Source: Eledone cirrhosa (taxonomy: Eukaryota). From it: a DNA stretch of 64,000 bases. This document shows positions 15,107 through 27,550 of this stretch, one piece after another. The notes beneath the pieces were generated by a model. That model saw only the letters and a program-made list of their open reading frames with translations. It was not told where the DNA came from and made no database searches. Location of the stretch: NCBI GenBank assembly GCA_964016885.1, contig OZ024744.1, positions 8,432,001 to 8,496,000 of the forward strand, written 5' to 3'. Position numbers and translations under genes: made by a program. Every line of letters starts with the position of its first letter. Position 1 is the first letter of the stretch.

Positions 15107-18100
15107 TAATATATAACACACTACTCTCATAAATACCACACTACTATAATATATACCACACTATTATAATATACACCACACTACAATAATATACACCACA
15201 CTACTATAATATATACCATACTACAATAATATACACCATACTACTATAATATATGCCACACTATTATACTATATACCACACTACTATATTATATACCACA
15301 CTACTATAATATATTCCACTCTACTATAATATAGGCCACACTATTATAATATATAGCACACTACTATGATATATTCCACACTACTATAATATACACCACA
15401 CTACAATAATGTACACCACGCTACTATTATATACACCGCACTACTATAATATACACCACTCTACTATAATATACACCACACTTTTATAATATATGCCACA
15501 CTAATATAATATATACCACAATACTATAATATATACCACAATAATATAATATATACCACACTACTATAATATATACCATATACTATAATATACACCACAC
15601 TACTATACTATACACCACACTAATATAATATATACCATATACTATAATATACACCACACTACTATAATATACAACCACACTACAATAATATACACAACAC
15701 CACTATAATGTACACCACACTAATATATATACCAACCTGCTATAATATATACCACACTCCGATGATATACACCACACTAATATTATATATACCACACTAC
15801 TATAATATATAGCACACTACTATAACGTATACCACACTACTATAATATACACGACACTATTATAATATATACCACTCCAATATAATATTCACCACACTAC
15901 TATTGTACATACCACACTACTATTGTATATACCACACTACTATAATAAACACCAAACTACTATAATATATAACATATACTATAATATACACCACACTACT
16001 ATACTATACACCACAATACTATAATATATACAACACTACTATAAATATACCACCACACTACTATAATATACAACCACACTACAATAATATACACGAGACT
16101 ACTATAATGTACACCCCACTACCATAATATACAACACACTTCTCTAATATATATCACACTACTATAATATATACCATACTACTATAATATACACCACATT
16201 AATATAATATATACCACACTATTATAATATGTACCACACTACTATAATATACACCACACTACTATAATATATAACCACCACACTACTTTAATATACACCA
16301 CACTACAATAATATACACCACACTACTATAATATACACCACACAACTATAATATACACCACACTACTATAATATATACCACACTACTATAATAAACACCA
16401 CACTACTCTAATATACACCACACGACTATAATATATACCACACCACTATAATATACACCACACTAATATATATACGAAAAAACTACTATAATATATACCA
16501 GCCTCCAATAATAAACATCACACTACTATAATATATACCACATTGCTATATAATGTATACCACCACATTACTATAATGTATACCACACTACTATAAGATA
16601 TAGCACACTACTATATTCTATGCCACACAACTATAATGTATACACAACCATACTATAAAATATACCACACTACTATAATATATACCACACCAATATAATA
16701 TGCACCACACTACTATAATTCATAACACACTACTATGATATATACAACACTACAATAATATAGACCACACTACAATAATGTTTCCCGCACTACTATAATA
16801 TATGCAACACACTACTGTAATATATAGAACACTACTATTATATATACCACACTACTATAATGTACACCACAACTACTATAATATACACTATAGTAGTGTG
16901 GTTTTATATTAGAGTAGTGTGGCATATATTATAGTAGTTTGGTATATATTATAGTAGCTGGGTACATATTATAGTAATGTGGTGGTATATATTATAGTAG
17001 TGCAGTGTATATTATAGTAGTGTGGTATATATTATAGTAGTGTGGTATATATTATATTAGTGTGGGATATATTATAGTAGTGTGGTGGTGTATATTACAG
17101 TAGTGTGGTATATAATATAGTAGTGTGGTATATATATTATAGTAGTGTGGTGTATATTATAGTAGTGTGGCATATATTATAGTAGTTTGGTGTATATTAT
17201 AGTAGTGTGGTGTTTATTATAGTAGTGTGGCACATATTATAGTAGTGCGGTATATATTATTGTAGTGTTGTATATATTATGGTAGTGTGGCGTATATTAT
17301 AGTAGTGTGTTATATATTATAGTAGTGTGGTGTATATTCTAGTAGTGTGGTGCTTATTATGGTAGTGTGGCATATATTATAGTAGTGTTGTGTATATTAT
17401 AGTAGTATGGTATATATTAGAGTAGTATAGTGTATAGTATATTAGTTTGGTATATATTATAGTAGTGTGGTGGTATATACTATAGTAGCGTGGTGGATAT
17501 TATAGTAGTGTGGTGTATGTTAAAGTAGTGTGGTGTATTATATAGTAGTGTGGTATATATTATAGTAGTGTGTTAAATATTATATTAGTTTGGTATATAT
17601 AGTAGTGCTGTATATATTATTGTAGTGTGTTAGATGTTATAGTACTGTGGTATATATTATAGTAGTGTTGTGTTATATATTACAGTAGTGTGGTATATTA
17701 TAATATTTTGGTATATATTATAGTAGTGTGGTGTTTATTATAGTAGTGTGGTGTATATTATAGTAGTGTGGTGTATATTATAGTAGTGTTGTATATATGA
17801 TGGTAGTATGGTATATATTATAGAAGTGTAGTATATATTATAGTAGTGTGATAAATATTATAGTTGTGTGGTGTATGTTATAGTAGTGTAGTATATATGA
17901 TAGTAGTGTGGTATATATTATAGTAGTGTGGTATATATTATAGTAGTGTGGTGTATATTATATTAGTGTGGTGTATATTATAGTACTGTGGTGAATGTTA
18001 TAGTAGTGTGGTGGTGTATATTATAGTAGTGTGGTGTATATTGCAGTAGTGTGGTATATATTTTAATAGTGTGGAGGTATATATTATAGTAACGTGGTAT

Positions 18101-18410
18101 ATATTATAGTAGTGTGGTTTTATAGATTATAGTAGTGTAGTATATATTATAGTAGTGTGGTATATATTATAGTAGCGTGTTGTATATTATAGTACTGTGG
18201 TATATATTATAGTAGTGTGGTGTATATTATAGTAGTGTGGTGGAGTATATTATAGTTTTGTGGTATATATTATAATAGTGTGGTATATATTATAGTAGTA
18301 TGGTATATATTATAGTAGTGTGGTGTATATTATATTAGTGTGGTATATATTATAGTAGTGATGTATATATTATAGTAGTGTGATAGATGTTATAGTAGTG
18401 TCGTGGTGTA

Positions 18411-18588
18411 TGAATTGGCAGTATCGTTAAAGGGTCAGACATGCTTTCCAGCATAGTTACGTCCCTTTACGATCTGAGTTCAAATCTCCCTGAGGTTGAA
18501 TTTGCCTTTCATCCTTATGGGGTCGATAAAATAAAGTACCAGTAATGCACTGGGTAATTGCTGGCCTTGTGCCAAAAAGTAGAAACAA
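18411..18588 (+). mobile_element. tRNA-derived SINE, near full length
   Basis: TGAATTGGCAGTATCGTTAAAGGGTCAGAC..GAGTTCAAATC..AGTAGAAACAATT aligns with the 14113 copy and lacks the first few bases; TSD ambiguous. Confidence 0.92.
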
Positions 18589-21500
18589 TTATAGTATTGT
18601 GGTGTATATTATAGTAGTGTGGTATATATTATATTAGTGTGGTGTATATTATATTAGAGTGGTGTATATTATAGTAGTGTGGTATATATTATAGTTGTCT
18701 GGTATACAATATAGTAGTGTTGTGTTGTATGTTATATTCGTGTAGCGTATATTATAGTAGTGTGGTATGTATTATAGTAGTATGGTATATATTATAATAG
18801 GGTGGTGGTATATATTATAGTAGTGTGTTATATATTATAGTGGTGTGGTATATATTATAATAATGTGGTGTATATTATAGTAGTGTTGTGTATATTATGG
18901 TAGTTTTGTATATTATGATAGTGTGATGTATATTATTGTAGTGTAGTGTATATTATAGTAGTATGGTGGTATATATTATAGTAGTGTAGTTTATAGTATA
19001 GTAGTGTGCTGTATATTATAGTAGTGTTGTGTATATTATAGTAGTGTGGTGTATATTATAGTAGTGTTGTATATATTATAGTATTGTGGTATATATTATA
19101 GTAGTGTGCTTTATATTAATGTAGTGTGGCATATATTATAGTAGTGTGGTATATATTATAATAGTATGGTGTATATTATTGTAATTTGGTATATATTATA
19201 GTAGTGTGTTGGTATATACTATGGTAGTGTGGTGTATATTATAATAGTGTGGTGTATATTGAAGTAGTGTGGTATATAGTATAGTAGAATGTTAAATATT
19301 ATATTAGTTTGGTATATATTATTGTAGTGTTGTATATATTATTGTAGCGTGTTACATGTTATAGTACTGTGGTATCTATTATAGTAGTGTGGTATATATT
19401 ATAGTAGTGTGGTGGTATATTACAGTAGTGTGGAATATTATAGTATTTTGGTATATATTATAGTACTGTGGTGTCTATTATAGTAGTGTGGTGTATATTA
19501 CAGTAGTGTGGTATACATAATAATAGGGTGGTGGTATATATTATAGTAAAGTAGAACATCTCATAGTAGTGTGGTATATATTATAGATTTGTTGTGTATA
19601 TTATATTAGTGTCGTGTATATTATAGTAGTGTTGTGTATATTATGATAGTGTGGTGTATATTATAGTAGTGTGGTGTATATATTATAGCAGTATGTTATA
19701 TATTATAGTAGTGTGGTATATATTATAGTAGTGTGGTGTATATTATATTAGTGTGGTATATATTATAGTAGTGTGGTTTATATTATAGTAGTGTGGTATG
19801 TATTATAGTAGCCTGATTGTATATATTATAGAAGTGTGGTATATATTATAGAAGTTTCGTGTATATCATAGAAGTGTGATATATATTATAGTAGTGTTGG
19901 CATATATTATAGCAGTGTGGTATATATTGTAGTAGTGTTGTATGTATTATTGTAGTGTGGTGTATGTTATAGTAGTGTGGAGTATATTATAGTAGTGTGG
20001 TGTATATTATAGTAGCGTGGTGTATATTATTGTAGTGTGATATATATTATAGTACTGTGGTATATATTATAGTAGTGCGGCTTATATTATAGTAGTGATG
20101 TATAAATTTTAGTAATGTGGTCGATTTTATAGTAGTGTGGTATATATATTATATGTTATAGTAGTGATATAAGTTATAGTAGTGTGGTGTATATTATAGT
20201 AGTGTGGTATATATTACAGTAGTGTGCTATATATAATAATAGTGTGGTCTTAGTAGTGTGGTATATACTATAGTAGTGTGGTGTATATTATAGTAGTGTG
20301 CTGCACATATTATTGTAGTGTGGTATATATTATGGTAGTGTGGAATATATTATCGTATTGTGCTATATATTATAGTAGTGTGGTATATATTATAGTAGAG
20401 TGGTATATATTATAGTAGTCTGGTATATATTATTGTAGTGTGGTTTATATTATAGTGGTGTGGTGTATATTATAGTAGTGTGGTATATTATAGTGGTGTA
20501 GTGGTGTATATTATAGTAGTGTGGTATATATTATAGTAGTTTTGTGTATATTATAGTAGTGTGGTATATATTGTAATAGTGTGGTATATATTATATAGTG
20601 TGGTGTATTTTATAGTAGTGTGGTGTATATTATAGTAGTGAGGGTTATATTATAGTAGTGTGGTGTATATTATAGTAGTGTGGTATATATTATATTAGTG
20701 CGGTGTATATTATAGTAGTGTGGTATATATTATTGTAGTGTGGTATATATTATAATAGTGCTGTGTATGTTATAGTAGTGTGATGGTGTATATTATAGCA
20801 GTGTGGTATATATTATATTAGTGTGGTGTATATTATAATAATCTGGTGTATAATATATTAGTGTGAGGTATATTATAATAGCGTGGTAGTATATATTATA
20901 TTAGTGTGCTATATATTATAGTAGTGTGGTATATATTATAGTAGTGTGGTATATATATTATAGTAGGGCGGTATGTATTATATTAGTTTGGTGGAATATA
21001 TTATAGTAATGTGGTTCATATTATAAAATTCTGGTATACATTATAGTAGTGTGGTGTTTATTATAGTACTCTCGTGTATACTATAGTAGTTTGGTGTATA
21101 TATTATAGTAGTGTGGTATATATTATAGTAGTGGGGCTGTATATTATAGTAGGTGGTATATATTATAGTAGTGTGGTATATATTATAGTAGTGTGGTGCT
21201 ATATATTATAGTAGTGTGCTATATATTATAGTAGTTGGTGTATATTATAGTAGTGTGGTATATATATTATAGTAGTGTGGTATATATAATTAGTAGTGTG
21301 GTGTATATTATAGTAGTGTGGTATATATTATAGTAGTGAGGTTGTATATATTATAGTTGTGTGGGGTATATTATAGTAGTGTGGTATATATTATAGTAGT
21401 GTGGTGTATATTATATTAGTGTGGTATATAGTATAGTAGTGTGGTTTATATTATAGTAGTCTGGTGTAAATTATAGTAGCATGGTATATAATATATTAGT

Positions 21501-24500
21501 GTAGTATATATTGTAGTAGTGTGGTATATATTATAGAAGTGTGGTGTCATTTATATTAATGTGGTATATATTATAGTAGTGAGGCATACATTATAGTAGT
21601 GTGGTGGATGTTATAGTAGTGTGGTGGTGTATATTATAGTAGTGTGGTGTATATTACAGTAGTGTGGTGTATATCATAGTAGTGTGGTATATATTATATT
21701 AGTGTGGTGTATATTATAGTAGTGAGGGGTATATTATAGTAGTGTGGTTGTATATTATAGTAGTGTGGTATATATTATATTAGTGCTGTGTATATTATAG
21801 TAGTGTGGTATATATTATAATAGTGGTATGTATGTTATAGTAGTGTGATGGTGTATTTTATAGCAGTGTGGTATATATACTATATTAGTGTGGTGTATAT
21901 TATAATAATCTGGTGTATATTATATTAGTGTGGTGTATATTATGGTAGTTTGGTGGTATATATTATAGTAATGTGGTTTATATTATAAAATTTTGGTATA
22001 CATTATAGTAGTGTGGTGTTTATTATAGTACTCTCGTGTATACTATAGTAGTTTGGTGTATATATTATAGTAGTGTGGTATATATTATAGTAGTGGGGCT
22101 GTATATTATAGTAGAGTGGTGTATATTATAGTAGTGTGGTGATTTATATTATAGTAGTGTGGTGTATATTATAGTAGTGTGGTGGTATATATTATAGTAG
22201 TGTGCTATATATTATAGTAATTGGTGTATATTATAGTAGTGTGGCATATATTATAGTAGTGTGGTATATATTGTAGTAGTGTGGTATATATTAGAGTTGT
22301 GTGGTATATATTATATTAGTGTGGTGTATTTTATAGTAGTGTGGTGTATATTATAGTAGTGTGGTGGTATATATTATAGTAATGTGTTTTATATTATAAT
22401 ATTTTGGTATATATTATAGTAGTGTGGTGTTTATTATAGTAGTGTCGTGTATACTATAGTAGCTTGCTGTATATATTATAGTAGTGTGGTATATATTATA
22501 GTAGTGTGGTGTATATTATAGTAGTGTGGTGTATAATATAGTAGTTTGGTGGTATATATTATAGTAGTTGGTGTATATTATAGAAGTGTGGTATATATAT
22601 TATAGTAGTGTGGTATCTATTATAGTAGTGATGTATACATAATATTAGTGTGGTGGATGTTATAGTAGTGTGGTGGTGTATATTATAGTAGTGTGGTGTA
22701 CATTATAGTATTATGGTGTATATTATATTTGTGTGAAATATATTATATTAGTGTGGTTTATTTTATAGTAGTGTGGCATATATTATAGTAGTGTGGTATA
22801 TATTATAGTAGTGTGGTATATATTATATAAGTGTTGTGTATTTTATAGTAGTGTGGTATATATATTATATGATATAGTAGTGGGATATATTATAGTAGTG
22901 TGGTATATATTATAGTAGAGTGGTATATATTATAGTAGTCTGGTGTATATTATAGTAGTGTGGTGTATATTATAGTGGTGTGGTGTATAATATAGTAGTG
23001 TGGAATAGATTATAGTAGTGTGGTGGTGTATATTATAGTATTGTGATGGTGTATATTATAGTATTGTGGTATATATTATAGTAATGTGGTATGTATTAAA
23101 GAAATGTGGTATATATTATAGCAGTATGGTGTATATTGTAGCAGTATGGTATATGTTATAGTAGTTTTGTGTATATTATAGTAGTGTGGTGGTATATATT
23201 ATAGTAGTGTGGTGTATTGTATTCTAGTGTGGTGTATATTATTGTAGTGTGGTGTATATTATAGTAGTGTTGTCTATATTATTTTAGTGCGGTGCATATT
23301 ATCGTAGTTGGGTATATATTATTGTATTGTGGTATATATTATAATAGTGCGGTGTATGTTATAGTAGTGTGATGGTGTATATTATAGTAGTGTGGTGTAT
23401 ATTATAGTAGTGCTGTATATATTATTGTAGTGTTGTATATATTATAGTAGTGTGGTGTAATTTATAGTAGTGTGGTATCTATTATAGTAGTCTAGTATAT
23501 ATTATATTAGTGTTTTGTATCTTATAGTAGTGTGGTATATATATTATATGATATAGTAGTGGGATATATTATAGTAGTGTAGTGGTGTATATTATAGGAG
23601 TGAGGTGTATATTATAGTATTGTGATGGTGTATATTATAGTATTGTGGTATATATTACAGTAGTGTGGTATGTATTAAAGAAGTGTGGTATATATTATAG
23701 CAGTCTGGTGTATATTGTAGCAGTATGGTATATGTTATAGTAGTTTTGTGTATATTATAGTAGTGTGGTGGTATATATTATAGTAGTGTGGTGTATTTTA
23801 TTCTAGTGTGGTGTATATTATTGTAGTGTGGAGAATATTATACTAGTGTGATGCATATTATAGTAGTGTGTTATATATTATTTTAGTGTGGTATATATTA
23901 TAATAGTGCGGTGTATGTTATATTAGTGTGATGGTGTATATTATAGTAGTGTGGTCTATATTATAGTAGTGTGGTATAAATTATTGTAGTGTGGTATATA
24001 TTATAATAGTGCGGTGTATGTTATAGTAGTGTGATGGTGTATATTATAGCAGTGCGGTATATATTATAGTCGTGTGGTGGTATATATTATAGTAGTGTGC
24101 TCTATATTATAGTAGTTGGTGTATATTATGGTAGTGTGGTATATAATATAGTAGTGTGGTGGTATATATTATAGTAGTGTGGTGTATATTATAGTAGTGT
24201 GGTGTATATTTTATTAGTGTGGTATATAGTATAGTAGTCTGGTGTAAATTATAGTAGCATGGTATATATTATAGTAGCGTAGTATATATTATAGTATTTT
24301 GGTATATACTATAGTAGTGTGGTGTTTATTATAGTAGTGTCGTGTATAATATAGTATTGTGGTGTATATTATAGTAGTGTGGTGTAATTTATAGTAGTGT
24401 GGTGTAATTTATAGTAGTCTGGTATATATTATAGTAGAGTGCTATATATTATAGTAGAGTGATGTATGTTATAGTAGTGTGGTTGTGTATATTATAGTAG

Positions 24501-26655
24501 TGTAGCGTATGTTATAGTGTGATATATATTATAATAGGGTGGTTGTATATATTATAGTAGTGTGGTATATATTATAGTAGTGTGGTATATAATATAGTAA
24601 TGTGGTGTATATTATAGTAGTGAGGCGTATATTATACTAGTGTTGTGAATATTATGGTAGTGTGGTGTATATTATAGTAGTGTGGTGTATATTATAGCAG
24701 TGTGGTTGTATATATTATAGTAGTGTGGTATATATTATAGTAGTAGCGTATATATTATATTAGTGTTGTATATAATATACTAGTGTGCTATATATTATTG
24801 TAGTGTGGTCATGTTATATTATTGTGGTATATATTATAGTAGTGTGGTGGTATATATTATAGTAGTGTGGTATATATTTTAGTATTTTGGTATATATTAT
24901 ATTAGTGTGGTGTTTATTATAGTAGTGTCGCATATACTATAGTTGTCTGGTGTATATTAAAGTAGTGTGGTGGTATATATTAGAGTAGTGTGGTATATAA
25001 TATAGTAGGGTGGTATATATATAATATAGTAGTGTGGTATATATTATAGTAGTGTGGTGTATATTATAGTAGTGTTGTGTATATTATAGTAGTGTTGTGT
25101 ATACTATAGTAGTTTGCTGTATATATTATAGTAGTGTGGTATATATTATAGTAATGTGGTTTATATTATAATATTTTGGTATATATCATAGTAGTGTGGT
25201 ATATAGTATAGTAGTGTTGTGTATACTATAGTAGTTTGGTGTATATATTATAGGAGTGTGGTATATATTACAGTAGTGGGGTGTATATTATAGTAGTGTG
25301 GTGTATATTCTATAAGTGAGGTTGATGTTATAGTAGTGAGGTGGTGTATATTATAGTAGTGTGCTATATATTATAGTAGTGTGGTTTATATTATAGTAGT
25401 GTGGTGGTATATATTATAGTAATGTTGTTTATATTATAATATTTTGGTATATATTATAGTTGTGTCGTGTATACTATAGTAGGTTGGTATATATATTATA
25501 GTAGTGTGGTATATATTATAGTAATGGGGTGTATATTATAGTAGTGTTGTGTATATTATAGTAATTTGGTGGTATATATTATAGTAGTGTGCTATATATT
25601 ATAGTAGTTGGTGTATATTATAGTAGTGTGGTATATATATAATAGAAGTGTGGTATATATTATAATAGTGTGGTGTATATTATAGTAGTGTGGTGTATAT
25701 TATAGTAGTGTCGTATATATGATAGTAGTGTGAAGTATAATATATTACTTTTGTATCTATTATAGAAGTGATGTATACATTATAGTAGTGTGGTGGATAT
25801 TATAGTAGTGTGGTCGTGTATATTATAGTATTATGGTGTATATTATATTAGTGTGGTATATATTATATTAGTGTGGTTTATTTTATATTAGTGTGGTATA
25901 TATTATAGTAGTGTGGTGTATATTATAGTAGTGTCGTATATATTATAGTAGTGTGGTATATATTATAGTAGTGTGGTTTATATTATAGTAGTGTGATGTA
26001 TATTATAGTAGTGTGGTGTATATCATATTAGTGTTGTGTATTTTATAGTAGTGTGGTATATATATTATATGTTATAGTAGTGGTATATGTTTTAGTAGTG
26101 TGGTGTTGTATATTATAGGCGTATGGTGTATATTATAGTAGGGTGGTGTATATTATAGTAGTGTGGTACATATAACAATAGTGTGCTGTATATTATAATA
26201 CTGTGGCAAATATTATAGTAGGGTGGTATATACGATAGTAGTGTGGTATATATTACAGTAGTGTGGTATATATTATAATAGGATGGTGTTAGTAATGTGG
26301 TATGTATTATAGTATTGTGGTGTATATTATAATAGTGTGGTGCATATATTATTGTAGTGTGGTATATATTATAGTAGTGGGGAACGCATTATAGTATTGT
26401 GGTATATATTATATTAGTGCTGTATATATTATAGTAGAGTGTTATATATTATAGTAGTCTGGTGTATATTATAGTAGTGTGGTATATATTATAGTAGTGT
26501 GGTGGTGTATATTATAGTATTGTGGTGGTATATATTATAGTAGTGTTGTATATATTATAGAAGTGTGGTATATATTATAGCAGTCTGGTGTATATTATAG
26601 CAGTATGGTATATGTTATAGTAGTTTCGTGTATATTATAGTAGTGTGATATATAT

Positions 26656-26840
26656 TGGGAGCCCCTACATGGACAAACTAGAAGAGGAAGACAAAGGTTA
26701 ACATATGTTGATGCCCTAAGGACAGACACTGGTCTTTTGGAGATGCAGGATATGGCAGCGATAATGAGGGACAGAGACCGCTGGAGAGAACTCGTCCATG
26801 GATCTCGGGAATTTTACCCGCCTTAGATAGATAGATAGAT
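26656..26840 (+). mobile_element. 3' stub of an RTE-like LINE with (ATAG)n tail
   Basis: My translation of 26656-26826 is WEPLHGQTRRGRQRLTYVDALRTDTGLLEMQDMAAIMRDRDRWRELVHGSREFYPP*, an RTE-type C-terminus (G.R.RGR..T..D, DR..WR). The stop runs into ATAGATAGATAGAT; 10-bp TSD GATATATATT at 26647-26656 and 26838-26847. Confidence 0.88.
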
Positions 26841-27362
26841 ATATATTATAGTAGTGTGGTATATATTATAGTAGTGTGGTATATATTGTAGTAGTGTGGT
26901 ATATATTAGAGTAGTATGGTGTATTTTATACTAGTGTGGTCTATATTATAGTAGTGTGGAGTATATTATATTAGTATGGTGTATATTATAGTAGTGTGCT
27001 ATATATTATATAAGTGTGGTATATATTATAATAGTGCGGTATATATTATAGCAGTGTGGTATATATTATAGTAGTGTGGTGTATATTATAATAATCTGGT
27101 GTTTATAATATTAGTGTGGTGTATATTATGTTAGTGTGGAGTATATTATGTTAGTGTGGAGTATATTATGGTAGTGTGGTGTATATTATAGTAGTGTGGT
27201 GTATATTATAGTAGTGTGGTATATATTATTGTAGTGTGGTATATATTATAGTAGTGTGGTTTATATTATAGTAGTGTGATGTATATTATAGTAGTGTGGT
27301 ATATATTATATTAGTGTTGTGTATTTTATAGTAGTGTTGTATATATATTATATGTTATAGTA

Positions 27363-27550
27363 GGGCGGTGGATTGGCAGTATCGGTAGAGGGTCCGACGC
27401 CATGCTTTGAAGTATAGAGTTACCTCCCTTTACGATCTGATTTCAAATCACGCCAAGGTTAACTTTGCCTTTCATCCTTACGGGGTCGATAAAATAAAGT
27501 ACCAGTAATGTACTAATTGATTGCTGGCCTTGTTCCAAAAGTAGAAAAAA
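27363..27550 (+). mobile_element. tRNA-derived SINE, full length, more diverged copy
   Basis: GGGCGGTGGATTGGCAGTATCGGTAGAGGG..AAAGTAGAAAAAA; 17-bp TSD with 1 mismatch, ATTATATG(T/G)TATAGTAG at 27347-27363 and 27551-27567. Confidence 0.92.

Larger units (their letters stand above)
2285..16890 (+). repeat. Satellite B left arm, 20-bp monomer ACCACACTACTATAATATA(T/C), C/A-rich strand on +
   Basis: CCACACTACTATAATATA repeats with ~20-bp period; frequent 23-bp (extra CCA) and 22-bp (extra TA) variants; + strand nearly free of G. Confidence 0.97.

Noticed and set aside
16861-16920. Telomere-fusion site
   Set aside because: The monomer is not a recognised telomeric repeat, and the order (C-rich then G-rich) is opposite to that of an end-to-end fusion.
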